Assembly (NCBI RefSeq): GCF_009914755.1
Contig: NC_060930.1
Reading direction: 5' to 3' (one strand)
From: the human T2T-CHM13v2.0 reference genome, Homo sapiens
DNA: 64,000 bases
Made by a program: the position numbers and the translations under genes. The notes beneath the pieces were generated by a model that saw only the letters and a list, made by a program, of their open reading frames with translations, was not told where the DNA came from and did not search any database. Positions 41,283 through 55,225 of this stretch are shown here, piece after piece. Position 1 is the first letter of the stretch; each line of letters starts with the position of its first letter.

Positions 41283-44200
41283 TTAACATGTTCAAAGACA
41301 GTTTGGAGTAATCCTGTAAATAGCAGGGGAATCTCACATTCTTATTTCACTAAGATTTAGAAATATGTATAGTTTGGTAAACCTGTTTAACCTATGTTTA
41401 AATAAACAAATTTTCATATGAAGTCTATGGTCCTAGCAACATTTACGACAGGAAAATTGATTGTATTATTTCCCTTGTCTATAAGCACACTAAAGAATAG
41501 GGACTTACAAAACTATCTAAGGGAGCCCGCTATAGCAGTTAAGATGAGAACACCTGCAGCCTGATTTCCACCACACTACCTAGGGCATCTCATGGAGCAC
41601 ATCAAGAGGAAAGCCAGAGAAACTAAAGGTTGTTGTTAGCATCATCCATTTTCTTCAGATTTTTCTTGTCTAAAAGGAAGGAACCAAAATACAGAAATCA
41701 ATGTTTATGTGCTTTTAAGGGCCTGATTTTAACTGGCAGGCAAGGCATTTGATATATGCAACTGGATTTTTGTCTTTCTCACACTTCACTGTGGCGTCTG
41801 AACAGAGCTATAGATGATCTCAGTCCGCTGTAAACAAAACAAAACAAAAATAATGCAAGTCTGCCATGTAACACCCATTAACAATGCAGCTTTAAGATAC
41901 AGATATCTTCTCCTCTTGTGAATATTTACAATACTTTTTATCTCTCCTAATGCACTGTGACCTATAACACTCTACTGGAGAATTAGAGATTTGTTCTCTA
42001 GTTGTTGCATGAACTTATGATTCATTTCCTCATATAGAAAAAATGATTATTTGAGTATCAGAGCCTTATCTTATATCTCCTTGAAACCTCCCATATTTCT
42101 TACTCTAATTCTGAAATATTTTGAAGTTAATATTTAATGTAAAATATGACCTAGTAACTATTTCTCAGTTGTTTCTTACTCCTCAGAAATTGTGTCTTTG
42201 CATTTGTTCCTAGGGAGATTGAGAAATAAAGATCTACAGGAATCCACATGTTAGGTGCTTTTCTTTGTTCTTTATTAAGACTAAGAATGAGGTAAGAAGA
42301 GTAAAGAAGATCAGAGATCAGTAATTTGTTAGAATTTCAGCTTTAATTGGTCAGGAACACCTAGAGCTTGTTTCCACTCACATAGTTAAATGCCTTATGT
42401 TTTTCGTTGCTCTGTCCTTCAGTTTTTCAGGTGCGGATCCAAAGTTTGCTGATGTCACCAAAGCAGTATATATCAACATTTTTTACATAGTGAGGCAGTT
42501 AAGGGCGCAATTTCTAACAACAGACCTAGATCAAATTCTAATACTTTCTTACACTCTTCACTAAAGGAACTGACTCATTTCTCTATTATCTGATAATTAT
42601 TTCATAACTTATAAAATTATGACCAATATCTTTATTATGTGAAAGTTTAAGATTCACTTTTCATTATATATAGCTAGAATCATTGAGTTGTAGACTTCTC
42701 TCCACTTACAATCCATGTAACTACGAACAGAGTACTTAACTTTTTTAAATGTTATTTTATTTCTCTGTAAAATTGAGACATTAAAAAATATGTAATAACA
42801 TGGTTGTAAAAATGTGGTGAAGAATTTAGAAATTCTTCTTCAAAAGTAGTCTCTGATGATTAGCATAGTTGAAAAACTGCTGACCTATATGATGTTCATG
42901 TCAACCCAACAGTTCCATGAAAAACTGAGTCATAAGAGAGTAAATGAAACTTCTTAGCTAGATGATTTTAGGCTTTTTAATCTGTTTGGATAATATTCCC
43001 ACTGACTATTCAATTAATTTAATCTAATTTCATAAATACTGGATGTTTTCCTTGTTTCAAGCATATACTTGTGAAAAAGACCTACACAGGTTACAGTTGA
43101 CCCCAAGTCCTAAATAAAATCTTGTGATGCATTCTGAATCTGAATAAGGCTTGCTGTTGTCACTTAAAATTTTGTGCATTACGTACATGTATTTATTTTT
43201 AACTAAATGTTAGTACAATTATTATAAAAACCTATATATACAACCTTTCAAAAGTGTCTGTGTAGAGAATTATTTAAGCAGAATATGGATTTTGCTCCTT
43301 TATGCAGCCTAATTTTAACATGATGTGTACTTAAGTTATACTCAAATGTATATTTTCTATTCTGCATAATTTTGATGAAAATACCAGGTTTAGAATTTTC
43401 CTAATAATGTATTCCACTTACCTTAGTAAGTATACAGCCTCCTATGAGATCAACTCTACCAATAAACACTAAATATCTCCCTGAGGACTCTTTTTTATGT
43501 TATCACTTTATAATATAATACGAAGTGATCATGTTTTTCTGTAAGCTGATTTGCATTCAACATCAAGCTTACCTATTCCCCTGAGTACTTTTAAAAGTAC
43601 TGTTATAACAGCTGGGCTAATAGTTGAAGAATCAAATCAAAGTTTCAATCTTTGTATCTATGCATGCATGTGATAGTGTACATGTGTATATCCCTGGGCC
43701 CAGAGATCTCTTTGTTGTAATGTCTTATTTATCTAGGAAAATTAGGCACATTGTTTCTCTATAAACAAGAAGCAAAGACTAGAAAACAAAACTGTAGGAA
43801 AATTTTAGAACAAGGAAAGCATTGGTCTAATGAAGTGAATAATAGTTTTTCACATGAATAAATAATTGCAGCATCTACTTGCTGCTCTGTTTGATTGCAA
43901 GAACTGAGGTGAACTATTATAACTACAAGATTTTCATTGTATTGCATGCAATGTGATGGTCTCCAAAATGTCATACAGGATGATCCAACATTATCAACTC
44001 AGTGTAATTGTTAAAGAATAGCCATTTCATTCTTTTCTTTGTTGAGATCTATCTTGCCATCCCATGGCCTACTTGAAAAAAATTATCTCTCAAATATCTC
44101 CAGGATACATACATGGACATCCCAATACTCTGATGTTTTAATGATCAGGTCCAGGAATGGCTTTACCAACCCCTGTTATGGGATTCTCACTCTTTACACT

Positions 44201-44399
44201 TAGGCTTTCCTAATTGTTTTTAGTTACAGCTCAACAGCTTTGACCATGTTATTTCTGAAAATCCTTCTTATCGTTTTCTGAAAAATTCTTATTCATCTTT
44301 TAAGGCTTTCTCCATGTTCATCTTCCCCAGGAATTCTTCACTGAACTCCAGGTGGGGCTATAGATACCTTTTTTCTTTACACTGGGCTTGTGTTATTAA

Positions 44400-44643
<244 letters not shown>

Positions 44644-44894
44644 TTATGTGTTTTCTTCATTCGACTCTTCACTCCAACACCTAGGGTTCTTTCTCATATT
44701 TACACTTCAAAATGTTTATTGAACTGAGAATGATTTAAGAACGTAGATGAAGTCCTTGACAACACACCTGAATAAGAAAGCACATTTTGTTTTGCTGCTG
44801 GTACTTGATTATACTTGAAATGATAGAAGCCTTCAAAATCAAGGAAAACACAGGAATTTTCAGTAGAATTAGTTTTTATTTTTCTTCTGAAATT

Positions 44895-45177
44895 TGGTGG
44901 CTCACACCTGTAATCCCAGCACTTTGGGAGGCTGAGGCGGGCAGATCACGAGGTCGAGACCATCATGGCTAACACGGTAAAATCCCGTCTCTACTAAACA
45001 TACAAAAATTAGCCGGGCATGGTGGCGGGGGCCTGTAGTCCCAGCTACTCGAGAGGCTGAATGAAGCGGGAGAATCGCTTGAACCTGGGGTTGGAGGTTG
45101 CATTGAGCCGACATCGCGCCACTGCACTCTGGCCTGGCAACAGAGCAAGACTTCGTCTTAAAAAAAAAAAAAAAAAA
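44895..45177 (+). mobile_element. AluSc/Y-like element
   Basis: Dimer lacking about 10 nt at the 5' end; 'gaccatcatggctaacacgg'; 'cctggcaacagagc'; A tail. Confidence 0.93.
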
Positions 45178-46345
45178 GTAATTAACTTAGAGGCAAGCTG
45201 AAATCAATATAAATTTCATCTTAGATGGCACAAAAAAGATATTTCCAAATTAGATAGGCATAGTACATAAAAGAGTAGCCTGTCATTTTGCTATTTGCTA
45301 GAGTTTGGGTTTATTCGCAAATGACCTGATTTCTCAGTTATTTGTTAGCTACATGCAATTGGCAAGTATAGCTCCTTAAACCAGAATTGTGGAAAGTCGT
45401 GCTATAATAGATGAGGTCAGCAGCCTGGCTAAACTTCAAAACAAATGAGAAGTTCATAATTCTAAACCTGGGAATGTTGACGCATAAATTGGCTGTTATG
45501 AATTTATGAAAGCATCATGATATTATATTTTCTATATGGGAAGTGTATGCAGGAAAACTGTAGAGTGAAAAGGGCTTACTGTAGAGTGGAAAGGGCTTAC
45601 TGTAGAAGGAACCAACTAGTCTGATTGGCAAAAGCTGGGAAGAGTTTTCTGCAGAGCCAACATTTACGCTGAAACCTGATATCTTGGATATTATTTAGCA
45701 GTATCTCCATCTGGCTAAGAGATGGACTATACTCATTATTTTTCCCAAGTTAGTCACCTGGAGGTGATGAATGATTTTTTTTGGTTGATGAGCTACTGGG
45801 GAAGAGGAGACCAAGGAGATTCTGGAGCCTGTTAGGTATGTAAGGCTAGTAAAAGGAGGGATGCAATATTTTGGCAAAGTAAGAAGATTATGCATCCTTA
45901 AAAAGATAACTAAATGGTCTTTATTGTTCCTACTCTGGTTAATTATTTTCTGACAATTAATATGTATCATCCTTATTAGACTTTAATTATAATGCAAATT
46001 AAGAATTGCAAAGCATGATTTTCCACATGACTTAATATGTAACACCTGTAAGCTCTTTGAGGACAGGGATCATGCATTATTTGAATGTCTCACACGAGGA
46101 ATGCCTCAACAGATTTAACTTCAAGCAAAATGTATACAAAATGAAGTATGACTTTGTGACTTCTATTAGGGCATAATACTGAGTAATTAAATAATACACT
46201 GTTTCTAGTTAATATCAACAATATACATTTCATTGGTTTCACAACTGCTTAGGAGGAATGGGTTTTGAGATGGTTTTGTAACAAATAGTAGTCCAATTAA
46301 TTCTTTAGTACAGTTAAAAAGGTTTTGTCAATAGAAAAATGAGTG

Positions 46346-46743
<398 letters not shown>

Positions 46744-46959
46744 TTAGGTTATCCTATTTTCCTGTTCTGTCATAAAGACAAACTGAAATACATTTAAATT
46801 TCACTTTTTAGATACAGGATGGTCCAAATGATATAGTCCTAGTTTAATTATTGAAAAGCTAGAGGCATAAATATGCTATGTTGAAGAAAATATACATAAT
46901 ACATATAATGGATAATATTTGTATTCTTTTATGGTTATAGGAATAAGATAATTGGTTGA

Positions 46960-47170
46960 TTATCTAATATATGGCATGCCCTTTAGAGATGTTATCCCAT
47001 TTAATTCCTGTAATAATATGAAGAAGAGATATTATCTGCCTTTTTAATATGATGATTAGAAGTATCAGGAATTTAAGTAACATAAATTCACAATTACACA
47101 GCTTCTAGATGTTAAAAATGTAATTTGAATTTAGGTTGCCTGACCTGAAAGTACAGACATTGCTTTAATC
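46960..47170 (-). mobile_element. MIR SINE
   Basis: 'tatcccatttaattcctgtaataa...ttaagtaac...acacagct...atttgaatttaggttgcctgac'. Confidence 0.6.
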
Positions 47171-47388
47171 ACAAAATTGCTGTCTATCTAGATGGTAAGA
47201 AACCTAAATAACATTTGTGACACTGGATATGACATGTTGCTTAATTATATATACCAATGTAAAGACATTGTTCCGCCTTTGCACTTTTTATTTTTGAAAA
47301 CATTAAAAGTCAAATTCTTCTTGCTCAATAAATGGCTGTATTAAAGAAATGCCATTGAAAAGCCAGCTGGAAGAGAATGAGGTTAAAG

Positions 47389-47612
47389 CTGTGGTTCTCA
47401 GGAGGAGGTGGGGGAATGTTGCATTCCAGGAGACTTTTGACTATTGACTGTTACAATGTATGTAGCGGTGGGATGGGTAGGGAGAGGTGCTCCTGGCATC
47501 CAGTGAATAGAGCCCAGACATGCTGCTAAACATCTTACAATGCACAGGATAGACCACAGCAACAAAGAATTATCCAACCCAAAATATCAATAGTGCTGAG
47601 GCTGAAAGAGAG
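47389..47612 (+). mobile_element. MER20 hAT-Charlie DNA transposon
   Basis: 'tggttctca...tgctcctggcatccagtgaatagagcccag...tgctgctaaacatcttacaatgcacagg...caatagtgctgagg'; exact 8-bp hAT TSD ggttaaag at 47381-47388 and 47613-47620. Confidence 0.9.
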
Positions 47613-50600
47613 GGTTAAAGCCTTTGTATGGAGCCTACACAAAAAGAAGTAGGGGACTCTTTTTGTCTGTTTATTTTGGTTTGGATTTCTGTTGGATTTA
47701 AAGATCGGTTGCTACCAGCATTACTGCCTTGTAGGATACTGGTTGTCTTCTAACAAAGACATCTTCATTTTTAAAGACCTTCATTCTTGTGATTGGAATT
47801 TTAAATCCTGTGCAAGTTAAGGAAATGTTCTCTTACATGTTAAAATTGAACACAGTTTATTCTTTACTGCAGAAATTTCTTCCTCATTCAGTACCTGACA
47901 AAGCCACTTATTGTTTCTTATAAGATTTCCTGATCCTTGAGACACAAAGCGATGCTTGAGTGCATCTTTTGAATTAGCAGATTTTGGGGAGTGTATGCAA
48001 GACGAGTAATGAAGTTAGAAAGTAATTTAAATCTAAAAAGAACTCAATGGAGTTTATTTAGAAAGAAAATGGTTTAGAAGATACTATTCTTTTAAAAAAA
48101 TTGGTTTTATCATGTCTGAAGAGTATACATAGATATGATTTTTCTTTCAGACACATGTGTAATTCCTATCATGGTAATATGTTGAATTTAACATTTATTT
48201 AATGCTTAGTGTTTACAAGGAGCCAAGAGACACATTTGTCAACATCTGCAAATGGCAAGATATTCCACAGCAAATAGAATTGTTTGTGTGAATGTTAATG
48301 TAAACCTGTAAAGGACACAACTCTTTTTGAGATGCGATTGTATCAATATTAATGTAAGAGGTTCTCTATCATACATTTACCTCATGTGCTCTACCTAAAA
48401 ACAAACATCTCTTGCTGCAATATGGATATTGATGTCACAACCTGACAATTTAAATTAGATAGTTCTGCTTTGTTACGAGAAACTATCAAACTCGGATGCA
48501 GGCTTCTAATAGATGTGGGGCCCCTAGAATTGTTGTCCATTTCTTGTCCTATAGAACCTTCCCTCTATTATCTGGCATATTAATAGCAATTTCTCCTTGC
48601 TGCTCAGTATCACAAACTTGCCCAGAGGCAAGGAAGCAAAAAGAGGCTGTCTTCTTGGAATTTGAGGGTGGGGACAAAATATATGAAGACAATTTTATGT
48701 CTGAGTGAATTATCTTGCCACAGGTGCTATATTTACTGGTACAGTAGAATTGCTCAAATTTTATATTAGCTGGTGGATATATTTTCCATTGTCACAAGGC
48801 CTATTCTGGATGCCATACAATTGTTCAATACCCAACAATGCATGGTAAAGCCATATGTATGTATTTCAAAAAGCAATAGTACACTGTACAAAAGTGTGAG
48901 AGGACTGGTCTATTAAGATCAGTTTAAAGTTGGCATTTTAGGCCCTCTAAGATGGACATTAAAGTATGCAGAACTGATCCAGCCATCTGGAGGGCTGAAA
49001 AAAAAATGATTATTATCCCTGAAAGTTGTTAATCTCTGAAAATCTGCCAAACACCTGAAGAAAACTGCTAGGAGATTCTACCCTCAAACACAGACCCAAA
49101 TAGGCTGTATTGGTCACCATTCCATTTTTGAAAGCTAGCCGGCTAAAGGAAAGATATCATTTAGGAATAATGGCTCCAAGAGTAAATTCTCCAGGAAATC
49201 AGACATCTAATTAGCTAGATCATTTGCTGGGCACAGAATGTCAGGAGTATCAGTTTCTTTTTTATTTTTTTAGGAGTATCATTTCTATTAATTTATTGTT
49301 ATAAATTTATTCTTGACAAAGCAGGGTTTTTTTTGTTTGTTTGTTTTTGCTGTTTTTTTCTATCCACTCCATTGGGACTAAGAACCAACCTATGTTTCAG
49401 TTACTTGTGATACACCTAAAGTATGTATGAGATGAGAGCGCTTGGAATGTGACATAAACTAAGGTGTAATTCAGTATTTCAGGACAATAACTTCCTGAGG
49501 GATGCCACGCTGGGCTCATGAACCAAGAGTACATGACTGACTTAGGTGAGTCAAGCAGATGCGGATGTGAGCCCTCAAGCACAGAAACCTGCTCAGTGAG
49601 GCAGGGAGAGGAATGAAGGAAAATGATGTGGCCACAGAGCCTAGATATAACCAGCAGGCAGTTTAGGCACAGGCTTTGTAGGGCAAAACTTCCTGGGATC
49701 CCAATTCCAAAAGCTGTCTGTACCAAGATACTGGAGCAGGCAGGGAGAATATCCAAATGATGGCCCAACACTCACGCAGGTGGCAAGACCTCTACCAAGA
49801 GACAATTTTGGTACCAGATCGAACTTCAAGGAACTGGCATGGGCCAGGTAAAGTCACCTGAGAGGAGGGTAGTGGTGGAATACAGAATGTAACAGTCTCT
49901 TAGTACATAGGAAATGGAGCTGCTGAAGCACAGGAAAAGGACAACATGATGTGGTGCGGGGACCACTGCCCCTTCACTGGTATGGACCATCTGGGTCACC
50001 TTAGCATCAGCTTCCTTGATCTGATGGCCGTAAAAATGCCTGGGCCTAAACTAGGTGCTCACTATTGGGTTTGCCATTCTGACTTCATTCCAGGCTTCAG
50101 CTCCCATCAGAAATGAAGGGGCAGGAGTTTGGACACAAAGGCTTTCAGCAAGTGTTAACTTATCTTGGAAAACGAATAGTCTCATCTAAAAGGTGAATTT
50201 ATGTGAGGTACAAAGGAAGATAGAGTCTGGAGGTGGGGTGACATTCTGAGTAAGTCGTTCGATGCCCCAAGAGAGAAGGTTGCGATAACAGTACAAGGCA
50301 TTTTCTTATGTTTGTTGGTGGGCTTATGTTTCTGTTTTAGATTCATCTGTATTGATCTATAGTGATGCTCAAATGAAGTATGTGGCTCTGTGCACAGGAC
50401 AATTCCCTGAAGTGTGTCCTCTTTTGTGAATGTATTGTGCTTCTTCGAAGAGCCCTTTATGACTTTTCCACATCACATTGATTTTTTCCTTTTTAAAAAT
50501 TTTGTAATGCAGCTAGAAAAATGTAATTGAGTGTTTAAACAATCCTTGCTTCATAGTCTCTAAATGTTTCAAATATGTAATTCTTGTTTTTTTAAAACAC

Positions 50601-51562
50601 TTGTAAGGGGGGCAATCTGTTGCTTTTTTCTTCTAGGAGGCCTAACAGTGTTTGGCTAGACATGTGATCAAAACATCTTGTTTTTTGATCGATCGATTAT
50701 CTGCTTGAATCAAAAATCTGTCATTGACTGGAAACACGTATTAATTGTGTGACATTGTACTCAGAAAACAGTAGACTGAAAATCGATGACTAAGAGTTCT
50801 AATCCTAATTCCATATAAGTTTTTTTGTGACCTGAACAAATGATGATTTTTAGGTTACTTATCTGTAAAATAAAAATGTGGTAAAGGGTTTACAGTTAGA
50901 ATTAATTATATATGAAAGCAAACTTTCAGATATTTAGACAGACTGAAATGAGAGGAAACTAGATCTTGCTACTGGTCCCATTTTGAGTAATGTTGTTAAA
51001 AATAATCTACAAAGCAATTTGATACCCTGAAAAATAGAGCGTGAATCGAAAAGAACTTTCCTTAATATTATCAACGTGGGGATTTACTTGGAAGCATTTC
51101 CCCATGTTCACATTAAATTTTCTAGAAAACCAATGAAAAAGTGAACTATATAGCACTCCTGTGCAATTTGAAAAACTACATCTGCATCTTCTAGAGTCTG
51201 TTACTATAATACTTCACAGCATTTTACAATCAGTATCTTTAGTGCTATAACCTAATGAGAACTATCTGGTGAGTGTGATTAGAGGTAAAGAATGTCTGAC
51301 CTTGTAATCATGGAATTATTTTTCTAATAATGCCTTCAAATGTATTTGAATGGAAGTTATTATTACTAAATGAAATAATCTTAGAATCACAGAAATCATT
51401 ATACCACTTTTTAAGCAAGCATTCACTGACTAGGAAGCATTAAAAGGTTTTTTTGTAATTTGTAAAGTGATGAATATTAGTATAATAAAGAAAGTAGAAG
51501 TAGCCTAAGCTGATGTCTCCTTTTTTAGTTATATGATAGTCATTTAAAAATTCTGAACCTGG

Positions 51563-51875
51563 GGCCGGGTGCGGTGGCTCATGCCTGTAATCCCAGCACT
51601 TTGAGAGGCCGAGGTGGGCGGATCATGAGATCAGGAGATCGAGACCATCCTGGCTAACACGGTGAAACCCCGTCTCTACTAAAAATACAAAAAATTAGCT
51701 AGGCATGGTGGCAGGAGCCTATAGTCCCAGTACTCAGGAGGCTGAGGCGGGACAATGGTGTGAACCTGGGAGGTGGAGCTTGCAGTGAGCTTGAGATTGC
51801 GCCACTGCACTCCAGCCTGAGCGACAGAGCGAGACTCCATCTCAAAAAATAAATAAATAACATAAAAACAGAAGA
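51563..51875 (+). mobile_element. AluY, full length
   Basis: AluY diagnostics; exact 17-bp TSD aaaaattctgaacctgg at 51546-51562 and 51876-51892. Confidence 0.96.
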
Positions 51876-53599
51876 AAAAATTCTGAACCTGGTTCTTTAC
51901 CTGTTTACCCCTTCGCTCCCCTATTTCTCCAGACATAGCAATATGAAACGGTGAAGAAATGCTTCTCATCCAAATTTATAACCTTTTTTGTCTTGCTAAG
52001 TTTCAGATTCAGTATCTTCATGGAAAAACTTTGAATTAAGCTTGAACTCTGATATGGCCATGTCATGTGGCTTTATGTTTTTACAGAAGAGGTATGTTTG
52101 TGTTGCTGAGGTGGTGGTTGATGATGATGATGATATTTTGGTGGTGTAAAACTTGAAACGCTTATCTGAATTTTTTTCTCATCAAGAATGGTATATTTTT
52201 ATGTTATAGCAAGTGAAGAATATCTTTTTCAATGATTATGGGTTAGGGGATTATGGACTTTTTAATTTTCATCTTTTGCACTTATATGTATTCTCCAAAT
52301 TCCCTTATTTTATATATGTACACATGAATGCAATATACACACACACATATTGCTCTAATGCTAGGAAAAGGAAAATTTATTTTGGCGTTTTAAAAGCATC
52401 TAAAATAAAGGGAAGGAAACATAATGTTGGAGATTCATGAATGCATATAGTGCTCATACTAATGATCATTCTGAGAAATTAATTTTGTTCTAAATGAGAT
52501 TACTTCTTTTTATCTCTACTCAGTTCTATAGTTACTGCACAGCATTAATCTATAATAGCCACGGGAGGTCACTGGCATTTTTTCTATGCAGCAGGATATC
52601 CCACTGGTCCAATGCTATGACACAGGTAGCTAGTGTGTAGGTTTAGACAATACTTCCTCCTCAAAACCCATCTGGATGGGCTGATTTATGTGGAGGCTGA
52701 GACATCTCTGGCAGTGGAAAAGACAAGACTTCTGTCAATGTTGGACTTTGAATAGGTACAACATATCTAATTGGATGCGGTTGTGAGGTACTGTGAAAAA
52801 AGCAAGATTATAGGCAGGGCTGAACTCGTCATAAAGAATGAAGTCTGTCATAGTCAGCAGGATGATATAGCCGTGTGTGGCAACAGGTAAAGTGAACCAG
52901 GCAGGTATAAATATTTGAACAGGAAAAATCTCATGTTTCCTGGGTATGGGTCCAAGTATAAAACTTCTAAATCACAGCACAGCAGCAAGTGTTTGCCTTT
53001 CAGAGGAGCTTTTGTGGACAGGATGGGCTGACAGCAATCTTTGACTGACCTAATCTTTGGAGATCTGCACGTCAGTGGGTTCAGGGGCTGAAATGATCCC
53101 CTGGGGCCAGTGGTAGAGTCCGGGTGTAGTTATAAGAGGAGAGCGCCAGCCTCAGTTTTTGTATTAATGGTGGTGGCAGCCCTGCAGGAACAAGGGCCTG
53201 TGCATCAGTGGTTCTCTGGCATTGTGTCTGGGAGAGAATGATCAACAAGACTGTAGTTGAGACTACAGTGTGACCAAATAAATTGGGCAGAGAGAGACAC
53301 ATGTAAGAGACTTCCATCTCTGATCTCTGGAGAAGCACAGAGACTTTTGTATTCCAATATAGATTGATTTTTATAAAAAGATGGATTTAAGGGGCTCATA
53401 GCCAGTCATCTCCAGTGTTGTAAATGGCAACCAAATATTTAGTAGAAATATAAATCCAATTACATCAAGCATTATTTAACTTACACAGTCACAGAATTCA
53501 TCAGTGTTTCATTATTCTGACATTTTTTAAGGCCAAGTCATCAGGTTGTAAGAGGGAATTCATAAGGACAGAAAAACATAATCGTGCTACTTCCTTTGC

Positions 53600-53830
53600 T
53601 ATTACATATAAGTAACAATGATAGCAAACATTTATACCCTTTAGATTTGTTATCTCACTGAATTATCTCTGTAACCTTATGAGGAAGGTGCTTTTTTAAA
53701 TCACTATTTTATACATGGGAAAATTAAGGCAGATGGAATTTGAGTAATTTTCCCAGGATCCTACAGTTTACAAATGGTAGAAAAGGGATTTGAACTCAAG
53801 TAGCATGTGATTACCCACTATGTTATGCCC
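53600..53830 (-). mobile_element. MIR SINE
   Basis: 'taaccttatgaggaagg...gagtaattttcccaggatcctacag...gggatttgaactcaag'. Confidence 0.7.
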
Positions 53831-54509
53831 AATACTGGGAGAAATATGCTATGCTAGAACATGCTATATAACCAATAAATGGAATATTTATTTGAACTTT
53901 ATGGTACTTTTTGACTGTGTTTAAATGATTTATTTAAATCAAGATTCCATCTGAGTTTCCCTACTACATAGTGCTTGTGAAGAGTTACAGTGACACTAGT
54001 TAACATGACTGAGTAGTTGGTGGCTTCTATTAGCAGTAAATTGATGACGTGACAACCTGGAATGAGAAGAAGGGTAGAAAACACAGAAAATGTTTGTTCT
54101 TTAAGAGTTTATGATTTTTTTGTTATTACTGTTAGGGAAAACACTATTATTGTAGTATGTTTTAATTAAAGATGAAATAAGATAGAGGTTTGTATCTATG
54201 ATATCATATTGAGATTAATTCACTTAATGGTAGCAGTGCAGCAATCGATAAATGCTTTGACTTTGTACTAAGATGAAAGTCTTACTTGGATAAAAACTTA
54301 CAGAGCTGATTTTGTTACCTTAGGAAAGGCGGAATGATTTAAGCTTGGCAAATGCATCTAAAATAAGTGTTCATTATTCTATTTAGGTAAAGCTGGAGGG
54401 ATTTATCTGGTGATGTGCTTTATGACTGTCCTTGGCTCTGTCTACCTCAACAATTTAATAAATAACAGAATGAGGACATTGGTTGCAGAGTGATCATATT
54501 TATGCTCTA

Positions 54510-55225
54510 TCCATTCACTTACACAGAAATTCATATTTACAGAGTACCTCCTATGTGTGCCAGGCACTATCTTAGGACATGAAATGCAGCAGTGAACAAA
54601 ACACAAAAAATGTATTGCCTTCATAGATTTTTACATTAAAATGTGGAAAGAGAGTCACTCACACACAAAAAGGACAAACAAAACATATACCATATTAGAG
54701 ATAGGCACTGTATACCATATTGGTGATAGGCACTATTAATAAAACGAATGAAGTGGGTAGAAAGTGCCAAGGGTTCACAATTTTTAATAGGGTAGTCAGG
54801 TAAGGCCTCGGGAGTTGTTGACATGTGACTAAGACTTCACAGATGAGGGAGTACATTATTTAGATATATGGGGGAAGAGCAGAGGGAACAAGTGCAAAGG
54901 CCTGAGGCAAGAAACATCAAGTGTGACTGGAGCTAAGTAAGCCAGATGTGATGTCAGAGAGGAACAGAGTGAGGCCGTACCCGCAGAGCTTTGCAAATCA
55001 TGAAAAGATGTTGGCTTTACTTGTGAGTTAGTCAATGAAGTATTCAGAACAAAGGTGTTACATGACTTTACTTGTTTTTTAGATGGTGTGATTCTAGTTG
55101 ATAGGGTAGAAAACCAATTGTAGGAAAAATAAATGATGGAAGTAAGGAGAGCTACTACAGTAATGCATCCAAAAGGTGATGATAACAGTAATTATTGAGG
55201 TGGTAGCTCAATTTCTGGATATTTG
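54510..55225 (-). mobile_element. L2a 3' portion (continues at 61987)
   Basis: 'tacctcctatgtgtgccaggcactatcttagg...cagtgaacaaaaca', 'gcagagggaacaagtgcaaaggcctgaggcaag'. Confidence 0.85.

Noticed and set aside
42850-42930. C/D-box snoRNA-like tgatga...ctga
   Set aside because: No terminal stem or recognisable rRNA guide; the motifs are short and common.
53250-53269. Hairpin actgtagt-tgag-actacagt
   Set aside because: An 8-bp stem is expected by chance and has no supporting context.
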